Source: Rhizomicrobium sp.
GTDB taxonomy: Bacteria > Pseudomonadota > Alphaproteobacteria > Micropepsales > Micropepsaceae
Assembly: GCA_036263395.1 (NCBI GenBank)
Contig: DATAHD010000292.1
Location: 1 to 60,562 of the forward strand
DNA length: 60,562 nucleotides
Direction of reading: 5' to 3'
Of this stretch, positions 36,607 through 45,552 are shown in pieces. A program made the position numbers and the translations under genes. How positions within the stretch are numbered: the stretch's first letter is position 1; every line of letters starts with the position of its first letter. The notes under the pieces are model-generated. The model was not told the DNA's origin, searched no databases, and worked only from the letters and a program-made list of their open reading frames with translations.

Positions 36607-36859
36607 GGGTTAGTGCCTGCGGAGGCATCGTCGGCCAGCCGATTATCGGCGAATGGTCAGTCAGTCTATCAACTCGCTGAACCGTTACCCCTGACGCTTG
36701 CGGTTGCGTCATGCCTCTCGGGCGATCATCGGGTTGCCGTCGCAATGGTGCGCATATCGGTTTGAGCATCCCTGATTCATCGAGGAGCAGCGCTCGAACC
36801 GGCCGTCTACCAAGTAACACACTCGACCCAATGGCCGAGTGCGGACGCAAGAGGCTGCC

Positions 36860-36899
36860 GACGACTTTCTCTAATGGATGACGACTTTCTCCAAGGGAT
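36860..36899 (+). repeat. Non-coding 20-bp tandem repeat, 2 copies
   Basis: GACGACTTTCTCTAATGGAT / GACGACTTTCTCCAAGGGAT (18 of 20 identical). Confidence 0.8.
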
Positions 36900-36938
36900 A
36901 ATGCCAGGTGAGCGCGACCGGCCTCATGGAAAACGAAG

Positions 36939-36964
36939 GGAACCGCCCGGGGCGGCTATCGGTT
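36939..36964 (+). promoter_or_regulatory. EcfG (general stress sigma)-like promoter
   Basis: GGAAC-N17-GGTT, 30 nt upstream of the DUF2934 start; consensus is GGAAC-N16/17-CGTT. Confidence 0.55.
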
Positions 36965-36994
36965 CTTACGATGTCAATGGGAATGCAGGTCACG

Positions 36995-37333
36995 ATGAGC
37001 GACGATTCGAGCCGCACAGAACGTATCCGCCAGCAGGCCTACCTGATGTGGCTGGAGGAGGGGAGACCGGAAGGCGGAGATGCGGAGCGCTGGGAACTGG
37101 CTCGGCAAACCGTCGACCATATGGATCGGCTGGTGGAAAAGGAGAGTCGTCGGCGGGCACGCGTTGATCCGGGACAAAAGGATGAGCGAATACAGGCGCG
37201 GGCCTACCGTATCTGGCTCGATGAGGGCCGCCCGGAAGGCAAGTATCTGGAGCATTGGGAGCGAGCGAAGGCCGAGGTCGAGGAAGAGCTGGCCATGACC
37301 GAGGGCGACCAGGAGCTCAAGCAGGCCCAGTGA
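36995..37333 (+). CDS. Protein with two tandem DUF2934 domains
   Basis: ERIRQQAYLMWLEEGRPEG.D..RWELA and ERIQARAYRIWLDEGRPEG...EHWERA. Confidence 0.85.
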   Translation: MSDDSSRTERIRQQAYLMWLEEGRPEGGDAERWELARQTVDHMDRLVEKESRRRARVDPGQKDERIQARAYRIWLDEGRPEGKYLEHWERAKAEVEEELAMTEGDQELKQAQ

Positions 37334-37480
37334 CGCCGGATACATGACTTTCCGGCACCGCTCAGCGAGTCCTTCGTCGCCACGAGGGACTCGAGCGCTT
37401 CCGCTCTGTGGCGCTGTTCAGCGCTGATGGTCAGACTTCTTGTCCGCGCCAGGAGGGCGCGCTCCGGGGTGCGGTTTCTA

Positions 37481-38614
37481 TCAGCCTTCCAGAAAGTGAC
37501 CGAAGGCGGCGAGTGGCCTCACGCGATCGCAAATAATCTTTGTGATCGCTAACATTGGCACAGACAATATTGCGCCAGGAATTCCCCACAGCCAGAACCA
37601 GAAAACCAGAGATGCAATAACCAGGACGGGGTTCAGGGTGAACCGCCTGGCGAGCAACATCGGCGTGACCGTCTCTCCTTCGACCAAGTGGATTATCAGA
37701 TAAAGCCCCGCCGGAACGAGTGTCAGCCAGAGCGTGTCACCGGCCAGCGCGCCTGCGAGAAGGAAGACGACCAATCCTAATAGCGGCCCCAGAATCTGAA
37801 CAAAGTTCAGCAGGAAGGCGATGGTCCCCCATAGGAGGGGATCGCCGACGCCGGTAATCCACATGACTGCTCCGGTGGCGAGCCCGACCACGGTATTCAT
37901 GAGCGTGATCGTCAGGAGGTAGGCTGTGATGTCGCTCTCGATTTGCTGCGCTATATCGACGACCTGACGCTTGCTGCTGAAGCGCGGCATGATTTCCACA
38001 AGGCGCTGAAGGAACACATCGCCAGTCATAAGAATGAAGAAGAGAAACAGGAGCGTTGTGAAGAAGCCGCTCGCGAACGAGCGCATCCCGGTGAACAGTT
38101 TCGCCAGCAAGGCCGGGCCCATCGCAGAGTTCGCGCCGGCGTTCCAACCAGCGAAATGCTCAATTTGGCTCCAAAAGGTCTGGAACGCCGACAGGGGCAC
38201 TTCGAGAAATCTGAGACGTTCCACCAGCCTCGGGACTGCATCGGGAAGCTTTGCAGCCCACGTGGTAGCCGGGGCGGATATGGCCGTGCCCAGGCCAACC
38301 ACGACCGCGAGAACGGCAATAACCAGTATCAGGGCGGAAAATATCCTCGGCGCGTGGAGCCGCTCAAGGAGGCGGTCCGCGGGCTTGAGGAGAAGGGACA
38401 GGACGAAAGCCAACACGAACGGCCAGATGATTTCAGCCGCGACGTAAAGCACGCTGAAGAATGCGATGCAGAAAAGGCCGCCCAGGTAGAATGTCTTCGG
38501 ATCGGAGGGGAGAGGCATCGCCTCTTCGCCAGGCTCAGTGCTGGTCAATGCGGACCGATCTTGCTCATGTGGCAGCATTATGCCCGTCCGACGCTTTGAC
38601 GTCGCCGAGAACAT
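37481..38614 (-). CDS. AI-2E (PerM/TqsA) family transporter; start uncertain (38614, 38578 or later)
   Basis: P.VLA..LS.LLKP, LWG..AF.LNF...LGP, EG...TP.LL.RR..LNP..V...L.FW..LWG..GA.L.VP.L...KI. Confidence 0.9.
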   Translation of the reverse strand: MFSATSKRRTGIMLPHEQDRSALTSTEPGEEAMPLPSDPKTFYLGGLFCIAFFSVLYVAAEIIWPFVLAFVLSLLLKPADRLLERLHAPRIFSALILVIAVLAVVVGLGTAISAPATTWAAKLPDAVPRLVERLRFLEVPLSAFQTFWSQIEHFAGWNAGANSAMGPALLAKLFTGMRSFASGFFTTLLFLFFILMTGDVFLQRLVEIMPRFSSKRQVVDIAQQIESDITAYLLTITLMNTVVGLATGAVMWITGVGDPLLWGTIAFLLNFVQILGPLLGLVVFLLAGALAGDTLWLTLVPAGLYLIIHLVEGETVTPMLLARRFTLNPVLVIASLVFWFWLWGIPGAILSVPMLAITKIICDRVRPLAAFGHFLEG

Positions 38615-38691
38615 CGTGCCCGCAGTCAGGCGGGACGGGGCCGGATCGGTGAAGAGTCAAATCCGTTACCTTCATTGGCCAAGACGATGCC

Positions 38692-38716
38692 AATCGCGGG
38701 CTCCGCCGATTGTTCC
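38692..38716 (-). promoter_or_regulatory. Possible EcfG-like promoter for the AI-2E gene
   Basis: Minus strand GGAAC-N16-GATT; -10 element deviates from CGTT. Confidence 0.35.
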
Positions 38717-38825
38717 GCCCTTCAGGCCGGAACCGAAAATATATAAAAATCGGCGAAGACTGTTTCGACGGAAGATGAGCACCATCTTAAAGCTATCCAA
38801 AGATCGTGCTTGAAAGAGAGTTTCA

Positions 38826-38948
38826 ATGACCAATCAAGACCAGAAGCAGAACAACGACCCGAAGACCGCGCAGCAGAATCAGGGCGACCAGCCGAAGCAG
38901 AATCCGGGCCAGCAGGGCAATAACGCCGCTCCGCAGAACCAGAAATAA
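38826..38948 (+). CDS. 40-aa Gln/Asn-rich hydrophilic microprotein (not in ORF track)
   Basis: MTNQDQKQNNDPKTAQQNQGDQPKQNPGQQGNNAAPQNQK; AGAGAG upstream; mostly G/C-ending codons; followed by a hairpin. Confidence 0.65.
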   Translation: MTNQDQKQNNDPKTAQQNQGDQPKQNPGQQGNNAAPQNQK

Positions 38949-38971
38949 TACCGGCAATCGCCGACGACATC

Positions 38972-38997
38972 AGAGCCCCGCTCCGGTGGGGCTCTTC
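38972..38997 (+). terminator. Hairpin after the Q/N-rich microprotein
   Basis: AGAGCCCC-gctccggt-GGGGCTCT inverted repeat; short U tract. Confidence 0.5.
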
Positions 38998-39041
38998 CGT
39001 CTGCGGGCGTCCTATCGTCATAACCAGAGACTGGATTACCC

Positions 39042-39551
39042 ATGGCCAAAGCGCCGAAGATGCTTGCCGACCTGTTCCACGACACACTCAAGGACGTGTA
39101 TTTCGCCGAAAAGAAGATCTACGCGACGCTTCCCAAGATGGCGAAAGCTGCGCAGAACGAAGACCTTCAGGCGGCTTTTGAGAAGCACCACGGCGAGACC
39201 GAGGGACAGATCAAGCGCCTCGAAGATGTATTCGATGAAATTGGTGAGAAGCCGCAGGGTAAGACCTGCGACGCCATCATGGGCATCCTCGATGAAGGTG
39301 CGGAGATCATGGACGAGTACAAAGGGTCGCCCGCGCTTGACGCCGGTCTCCTCGCCGCAGCGCAGGCGGTGGAGCACTACGAAATATCGCGCTATGGCAC
39401 GCTCTGCGCGTGGGCAGACGAGCTTGGGTATTCCAAGGCCGTGAAGCTTCTCGAGGCCACGCTCGACGAAGAAGAAGCGGCGGACGAAGCGTTGAGTGCC
39501 CTCGCTGAGACGGTGATCAACCAAGAGGCGGAAGTCGAAGCTGTCGATTGA
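39042..39551 (+). CDS. yciF: YciE/YciF (DUF892) ferritin-like stress protein
   Basis: LKDVYFAEK.I...LPKM..AA, H..ETE.QI.RLE.VF, C.A..GI..EG, AQAVEHYEISRYGTL..WA..LG, TL.EE...D..L. Confidence 0.92.
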   Translation: MAKAPKMLADLFHDTLKDVYFAEKKIYATLPKMAKAAQNEDLQAAFEKHHGETEGQIKRLEDVFDEIGEKPQGKTCDAIMGILDEGAEIMDEYKGSPALDAGLLAAAQAVEHYEISRYGTLCAWADELGYSKAVKLLEATLDEEEAADEALSALAETVINQEAEVEAVD

Positions 39552-39612
39552 GACGCGAGGGATAGAAGCGTCGCTGAGATCTGTAGCGGCGCTTCGAACG
39601 GCATGAATCGAA

Positions 39613-39633
39613 CCGCGGAGATCGACTCCGCGG
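39613..39633. other. Intergenic inverted repeat between yciF and the glycosyltransferase
   Basis: CCGCGGAG-atcga-CTCCGCGG; a second one, CCGGACA-atac-TGTCCGG, lies near 39684-39701. Confidence 0.45.
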
Positions 39634-39733
39634 CTTCACCGTAAAAGCGCATTGGCAACGCCCCGGTGAGAATGCCAGCGAACCCGGACAATACTGTCCG
39701 GCGCCTCTGGACGGCATTACTGGGGACAAATCA

Positions 39734-40885
39734 ATGCGAATTGCTCAAGTTGCGCCTTTGGCTGAATCGGTCCCGCCGAGACTGTACGGCGGTACCGAGC
39801 GCGTCGTTTCGTGGCTCACGGAAGAACTTGTCGCTCAGGGCCACGACGTCACGCTGTTTGCCAGCGGGGACTCGGCGACATCGGCTGAACTCGTCCGGAG
39901 CGTGCCCGAGGGGTTGAGGCTCGCAGGGATCCGGGATCACACCGCGAGCCTGCTGGTCATGTTGGATGAAGTGCGGCACCGGGCAGCCGACTTCGACATC
40001 ATTCATTTTCATATCGATCTGCTGCAATTCCCATTGTTCAGAAAATCCACCGACAAGTGCCTGACCACGCTTCATGGGCGCATCGATCTCGCCGACTTCC
40101 ATCCGGTCTATCGAGCCTTTCCGGCGATGCCGCTGGTTTCGATTTCGGCCAATCAGAGGCATCCGCTGCCGTCCGCCAACTGGCTGACCACCATCCAGCA
40201 TGGATTGCCGCCGGGGTCCGCGCCTGTGGTCAACACCGGCGGCGGCTACCTCGCATTCCTCGGCCGCATCGCGCCCGAGAAGCGTCCGGATCGGGCCATC
40301 GAAATCGCGAAACAGGTAGGGCTTCCGCTGAAGATCGCCGCGAAGGTCGATCCGGCCGACAAGGAATATTTCGAGCACATGATTCGTCCGCAGCTCGATC
40401 ACCCCTTGATCGAGTTCATCGGTGAGATCGGCGACCATGAGAAACGGAAGTTCCTGGGTGACGCCGCGGCCCTGCTGTTTCCCATCGATTGGCCCGAGCC
40501 CTTCGGCCTCGTCATGATCGAGGCAATGCGTGAGGGGACGCCGGTCGTCGCCTGGCGCTGCGGCTCGGTTCCCGAGGTGATCGACGAGGGCGTGACCGGC
40601 TTTGCCGTCGGCTCGATCGACGAGGCGGTGCGTGCCGTGGGATCGGCCTTGCGGCTCGACCGGGCAGCCATCCGAGTTCGGTTCGAAGAGCGCTTCACCG
40701 CATCGCGGATGGCCACGAATTATCGGGCGGCATACGAGCGGGTGCTGGCGGATTCGCATTCGGAGGACAGGAACAGGATCGAACGCGGTGCGACCGAAGA
40801 CATCAAATTGCCGCACATAATGGCAGGTCGATCGCTCGTCGTTGGCAGTACGCCGGACTCTGCGTTCTCGCCGGCGGCGCTCTGA
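39734..40885 (+). CDS. Family 4 glycosyltransferase
   Basis: MRIAQVAPL.E.VPP..YGGTERVV, FLGRI.PEK, FPIDWPEPFGLVMIEAM..GTPV. Confidence 0.93.
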   Translation: MRIAQVAPLAESVPPRLYGGTERVVSWLTEELVAQGHDVTLFASGDSATSAELVRSVPEGLRLAGIRDHTASLLVMLDEVRHRAADFDIIHFHIDLLQFPLFRKSTDKCLTTLHGRIDLADFHPVYRAFPAMPLVSISANQRHPLPSANWLTTIQHGLPPGSAPVVNTGGGYLAFLGRIAPEKRPDRAIEIAKQVGLPLKIAAKVDPADKEYFEHMIRPQLDHPLIEFIGEIGDHEKRKFLGDAAALLFPIDWPEPFGLVMIEAMREGTPVVAWRCGSVPEVIDEGVTGFAVGSIDEAVRAVGSALRLDRAAIRVRFEERFTASRMATNYRAAYERVLADSHSEDRNRIERGATEDIKLPHIMAGRSLVVGSTPDSAFSPAAL

Positions 40886-40911
40886 TCGCGCTGAAGCATC
40901 TGGGTACAATC

Positions 40912-43089
40912 ATGCACGATGCCGGAACTCGGACAATCGATGAATTTGAGATCGAAGCGACGACGTCGCTGACTGATCGCCCTTTGCGAACATTGAAGGA
41001 CGGTGAGGCGTTCGTCGTCCTGGATAGCCGCGGTGATTTCGGGAAGCGCAAAGGGACTGCCGAAGGTCTTTTCTACCGCGACACCCGTTTCCTCTCATAT
41101 CTGGAATTACGCCTCGAGGGGGAGCGGCTGCAACTGCTCAGTTCGACCACGAATGACGACAAGGCGACGCTGTCGGTGAATCTGACGAATCCCGACCTGT
41201 CGAGCGGCTCTGAAGCGATCCCGAGAGAGACGATCTTCATCGAGCGAACGGTGTTTCTCTGGAGCGGGACGCTATTTGAGCGACTGAGAGTGAGGAATTA
41301 TGGATTGGTGGCGCGACAGGTGCGCTTTGAATATTCTTTCAACGCAGATTTTCGCGACCTGTTCGAGGTCCGCGGTATGGCGCGTCTGGAAAGGGGTCGG
41401 CTGTCGGCGTGTGTGACCGCGCCGGATCGCGTCGCGTTTCATTATGCCGGCCTCGACAAGATCGGTCGGCGTACGCTGGTCGGGTTCAGTCCCACCCCGA
41501 GCGTCATCGACGCCGATCACGCGACACTTGATATGAATCTCGGCCCAGGCGCAGAAGCGTCGATATTCGTGACGATTGCCTGTGAAGTGGACACAGATGC
41601 TGTCACGCCGGGGCCTGGCCTGCCGGATTTCTTCCGCGCGTATCGCGCGAGCAGGAGAAGCAGGCGCGGGCGAACGTCCGACATGGCGACGGTCGAGAGT
41701 TCGAGCGAGCTGTTCAACGAGGTTGCCTGCCGTTCGGCCTCCGACGTCTATACCCTGGTGACATCGACCGAGCACGGCCCTTATCCGTTCGCGGGGATTC
41801 CGTGGTTCAGCACCGTTTTCGGTCGCGATGGAATCATTACCGCCATGTTCATGATGTGGGTCGACGCGTCTCTGGCCCGTGGCGTCCTACGCACTCTGGC
41901 CGCGACGCAAGCCGTCGAGGTGGATCCGAATTCGGAAGCGCAGCCGGGGAAGATCATCCACGAAATGCGCCATGGCGAAATGGCCAACCTCGGCGAGGTC
42001 CCGTTCGGACGGTACTACGGGAGTGTCGACGCGACGCCGCTCTTCGTCATGCTGGCCGCAATGTACATGGATGCGACCGGGGACCTGAAGACGATCAACG
42101 CGATCTGGCCCAACATCCTTGCGGCGCTGCGCTGGATCGACACCTATGGCGATAGCGATGGCGATGGATTTGTCGAATATCAGGCCGCCAGCGGCGACAG
42201 CCTCGCGAACCAAGGATGGAAGGATTCCCAGGATTCCGTCTTTCACGCGGACGGTTGTGACGCGGAAGGTGCGATCGCTCTCTGCGAGGTCCAGGGATAT
42301 GTCTTCGCCGCAAAATTATCGGCCGCGCGGATAGCGAAGCGCCTCGGGCACGCGGAGCTTGCCCTCGGTCTGGCGGCCGAGGCGGAAAAATTGCGCCTTC
42401 GGTTCGAAGACGCGTTCTGGGACGAGGACCTCGGAACGTACGTACTTGCGCTCGATGGCAAGAAGCGACCGTGTCGAGTGCGTGCCTCGAATGCGGGGCA
42501 TGCCCTGTTCACCGGCATTGCCTCACCAGAGCGGGCGCGTCGCGTCGCCGACCATCTCATGAGCCGCGATGGATATAGTGGTTGGGGAATTCGAACACTT
42601 GCGCAAGGCGAGCCGCGCTATAATCCATTGTCCTACCACAACGGATCGGTCTGGCCGCACGATAACGCGCTGATCGCGATCGGATTCGCGCGGTACGGCC
42701 TGAAGGCACAAACCCTGCGCGTGTTTGAAGGCTTGTTCGATGCGGCCCGATATCAAGAATTACGACGTCTGCCGGAATTGTTCTGCGGTCTTATGAGACG
42801 TCCCCGACGCGGGCCAACCCCTTATCCGGTGGCCTGTTCGCCGCAGGCCTGGTCGGCGGCAGCAATTTACGCCGTATTGGGAGCGTGCCTGGGCTTGGAG
42901 CAGGCCCATGCCAAAAACGAATTGCAATTCCGCGATCCGGTGATGCCCGGATTTATAGATGAGGTCGTCCTCCGCAACATGCACCTGGGAGAATCACGGG
43001 CCGATTTGCAGATGCATCGGTACGGTGACGATGTCGCCATGACCGTGCTGGCGCGCCGGGGTACAGCCAAATTCATGGTTGTAAAATAG
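40912..43089 (+). CDS. Amylo-alpha-1,6-glucosidase / glycogen debranching-like (alpha/alpha)6 glycoside hydrolase
   Basis: AGIPWFST.FGRD, QPGKI.HE.R, YYGSVDATPLF, NQGWKDS, YHNGSVWPHDN, RLPELFCG, YPVACSPQAW. Confidence 0.92.
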   Translation: MHDAGTRTIDEFEIEATTSLTDRPLRTLKDGEAFVVLDSRGDFGKRKGTAEGLFYRDTRFLSYLELRLEGERLQLLSSTTNDDKATLSVNLTNPDLSSGSEAIPRETIFIERTVFLWSGTLFERLRVRNYGLVARQVRFEYSFNADFRDLFEVRGMARLERGRLSACVTAPDRVAFHYAGLDKIGRRTLVGFSPTPSVIDADHATLDMNLGPGAEASIFVTIACEVDTDAVTPGPGLPDFFRAYRASRRSRRGRTSDMATVESSSELFNEVACRSASDVYTLVTSTEHGPYPFAGIPWFSTVFGRDGIITAMFMMWVDASLARGVLRTLAATQAVEVDPNSEAQPGKIIHEMRHGEMANLGEVPFGRYYGSVDATPLFVMLAAMYMDATGDLKTINAIWPNILAALRWIDTYGDSDGDGFVEYQAASGDSLANQGWKDSQDSVFHADGCDAEGAIALCEVQGYVFAAKLSAARIAKRLGHAELALGLAAEAEKLRLRFEDAFWDEDLGTYVLALDGKKRPCRVRASNAGHALFTGIASPERARRVADHLMSRDGYSGWGIRTLAQGEPRYNPLSYHNGSVWPHDNALIAIGFARYGLKAQTLRVFEGLFDAARYQELRRLPELFCGLMRRPRRGPTPYPVACSPQAWSAAAIYAVLGACLGLEQAHAKNELQFRDPVMPGFIDEVVLRNMHLGESRADLQMHRYGDDVAMTVLARRGTAKFMVVK

Positions 43090-43159
43090 AAAAGTTTGGA
43101 AGTCGCGAAGTGGGCCGGCGCGACGTTGGGCGCTTGTCCTAGCGATCTGGCAAGAATTC

Positions 43160-43370
43160 CGGAAGAGCCAGAGGAAGCCTCAATCCCGGTCGTCGGCTCG
43201 GACGAAGCTGAAACCATACTTATGGTCGAAGACGACACCGACTTCCGGACGCATTTGGCCGGGGTGCTGAGGGGCAGGCCCGATCCAGGCATCGACCTTA
43301 TTCAGAAGCCTATATCGCAGGCCGCTCTCGCCAACCGGATAAGGCAGGCCCTCGACCGTCGACGGCGATT
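43160..43370 (+). pseudogene. Remnant of a hybrid histidine kinase receiver domain with an in-frame internal deletion
   Basis: ETILMVEDD.D.R..LA.VLR is joined directly to GR.D.G.DLIQKP.SQAALA.RIR.ALD; the central part with the phospho-Asp is absent; no credible start. Confidence 0.7.
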
Positions 43371-43656
43371 TGGGCGCATGGTGGCAAGATCGTTGTCGCT
43401 TCTGATGAAGAGCAGGCATTCAATTGTCAGCTTCCGCGTAGATAATTCCATCTTCCGGTGCGCTGATGCGCTGGCGGTATGCGCTATCAAAGAGCCCCCA
43501 CAAACATCGTGTATGCGTAGCAGCCAGGAGCACAGCCCTTGTGCGATGCGATACTTGGCATTACAGCCGGCAAGTTACGGGCCTGTGCGAGCGGATATGG
43601 TTCGTGCGCAATGATCAAGCCACGGGCTGCTGAATGCCGACAAATGAGGTAAGGCG

Positions 43657-44679
43657 TTGGAGCAGAAGGAAAAAGCACAAAAATCCGTGAATCGGCGGTT
43701 TTCGGTCGCCCCGATGATGGACTGGACAGATCGGCACTGCCGGTTCTTCCACCGTCTGATGACGCGGCGCGCGCTGCTGTACACCGAGATGTTCACGACG
43801 AACGCCCTCCTGCACGGCGATCGCACGCGTCTGATTGGATTCGACCCGTTCGAGCAACCGGTTGCGCTGCAGCTCGGCGGTTCCGAGCCGAAGACGCTCG
43901 CCGAGGCCGCGCGCATCGGTGCGGACTTCGGCTATGTCGAGATCAATCTTAATTGCGGCTGTCCGTCCGATCGCGTGCAGGAAGGCCGCTTCGGCGCCTG
44001 TCTGATGGCCGAAGCGGCGCTCGTCGCCGACGGCGTCGCGGCAATGAAGGCGGCCGTGTCCGTTCCGGTCACCGTCAAATGCCGCATCGGCATCGACGAT
44101 CAGGATCCGGTTGAGACATTGTTCGGTTTTGCGGAGCGCGTGAAGGCGGCCGGCGCGGACGCGCTTATCGTTCACGCGCGCAAGGCCTGGCTCAAAGGTC
44201 TCTCGCCGAAAGAGAATCGCGAAGTGCCGCCGCTCGACTATGCCCTCGTGCACCGGCTCAAGGCGTCGTATCCGGACCTCGAGATCATTCTCAACGGCGG
44301 CATCGCCAGCCTCGCGCAGGCACAAGCCGAAATGGGCGCGCTCGACGGCGTCATGATGGGTCGCGCGGCCTATCAGGAGCCGTGGCGGCTTCTCGAGGTT
44401 GATGCGCAGATGTTCGGCGAGCCAGCGCCTTTCACATCGCCGAAAGATGCGGCCGTCGCGCTCATCCCCTACATCGAACGTGAGACGGCGGCCGGCGTGC
44501 GCCTCGCCGCCATTACGCGGCATGTGCTCGGGCTGTTCCGCGCCGTTCCGGGGGCACGCGCCTTCCGCCGTCACTTGGCGACGGAAGCGGTCAAGCCCGG
44601 GGCGTCGGCGTCGGTCATGGCTGATGCGCTGGCGCTGGTGCTGGACAGGCCTGCGGATTTGGCGCACATCGCCGCCTGA
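43657..44679 (+). CDS. dusA: tRNA-dihydrouridine(20/20a) synthase DusA
   Basis: FSVAPMMDWTDRHCR, LLYTEM, LQLGGS, NLNCGCPSDRVQ.G.FGACLM, VTVKCRIG, HARKAWL.GLSPKENRE.PPL.Y. Confidence 0.95.
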   Translation: MEQKEKAQKSVNRRFSVAPMMDWTDRHCRFFHRLMTRRALLYTEMFTTNALLHGDRTRLIGFDPFEQPVALQLGGSEPKTLAEAARIGADFGYVEINLNCGCPSDRVQEGRFGACLMAEAALVADGVAAMKAAVSVPVTVKCRIGIDDQDPVETLFGFAERVKAAGADALIVHARKAWLKGLSPKENREVPPLDYALVHRLKASYPDLEIILNGGIASLAQAQAEMGALDGVMMGRAAYQEPWRLLEVDAQMFGEPAPFTSPKDAAVALIPYIERETAAGVRLAAITRHVLGLFRAVPGARAFRRHLATEAVKPGASASVMADALALVLDRPADLAHIAA

Positions 44680-44705
44680 CGTCTTAAATTCCACCCCGGA
44701 CCATC

Positions 44706-45536
44706 ATGCTGCTGGGATACCCGATCGGCGAGCTTGCCTGGCTCGTGCTGTTGATTCTGGCCGGCGGCGTCGTCACCGGGATTCTGGCCGGGCTGTTCGG
44801 CATCGGCGGCGGTGGCGTCATCGTGCCGGTTCTGTATGAGGTTTTCGGCGTCATTCATGTGCCGGACGCCCTGCGCATGCAGCTCTGCATCGGCACGTCG
44901 CTTGCGATCATCGTGCCCACCACCGTGCGCTCCTATTTGGGTCACAAGAAAAGGGGCGCGGTGATTCCGCAGGTGGTGCGAATCTGGACGCTGCCGGCGA
45001 TCGTTGGCGTGCTGATCGGTTCGGTCACGGCCTCGTTTGCCCCGGGCGCGGTGTTTAAGATTGCCTTTGTTGTTTTCACTGCTTTCATCAGCACGAAGAT
45101 GCTGTTCGCCGGCGATCGTTGGAATGTCGGAACCGAGTTGCCCGGCCGCGCCATGATGGCGGTCTATGGCCTGGTCACGGGATTGTTCTCGTCGCTGGTC
45201 GGCGTCAGCGGCGGCGCCTTCTCGAACGCGGTGCTGACGATGTACGGCCAGCCGATGCAGCGCGCTGTCGCGACGTCGGCCGGCGTCGGCGTTCCAATCA
45301 CCGTCGTCGGCGCGATCGGCTACGCGATTGCCGGCTGGCCGCATATGCAGGAATTGCCGCCGCTATCCTTCGGTTTCGTGTCGGTCATCGGCTTCGTGTT
45401 GATGGCGCCGGTGTCGAGCTATACGACCGGCTACGGCGTGCGGCTGGCGCATTGGTTGCCGCGCCGCAAACTCGAGATCGGCTTCGGTCTGTTCCTGATG
45501 GTGGTGTCGCTCCGCTTCCTGGCAACGCTGATTTAG
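44706..45536 (+). CDS. TauE/SafE (TSUP) family permease
   Basis: GILAGLFGIGGG..IVP, GTSLA.I.PT, SSL.GV.GG; about 8 TM segments. Confidence 0.9.
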   Translation: MLLGYPIGELAWLVLLILAGGVVTGILAGLFGIGGGGVIVPVLYEVFGVIHVPDALRMQLCIGTSLAIIVPTTVRSYLGHKKRGAVIPQVVRIWTLPAIVGVLIGSVTASFAPGAVFKIAFVVFTAFISTKMLFAGDRWNVGTELPGRAMMAVYGLVTGLFSSLVGVSGGAFSNAVLTMYGQPMQRAVATSAGVGVPITVVGAIGYAIAGWPHMQELPPLSFGFVSVIGFVLMAPVSSYTTGYGVRLAHWLPRRKLEIGFGLFLMVVSLRFLATLI

Positions 45537-45552
45537 CGTCTGGCGCATCGCC

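Noticed and set aside
36860-36899. CRISPR array from the 20-bp repeat or from the 34763-34868 repeats
   Set aside because: Only two adjacent copies without spacers; the other repeats are coding; no cas genes.
31041-43656. Integrase, transposase, tRNA or att direct repeats bounding the accessory block
   Set aside because: None recognised by eye; island status remains an inference.
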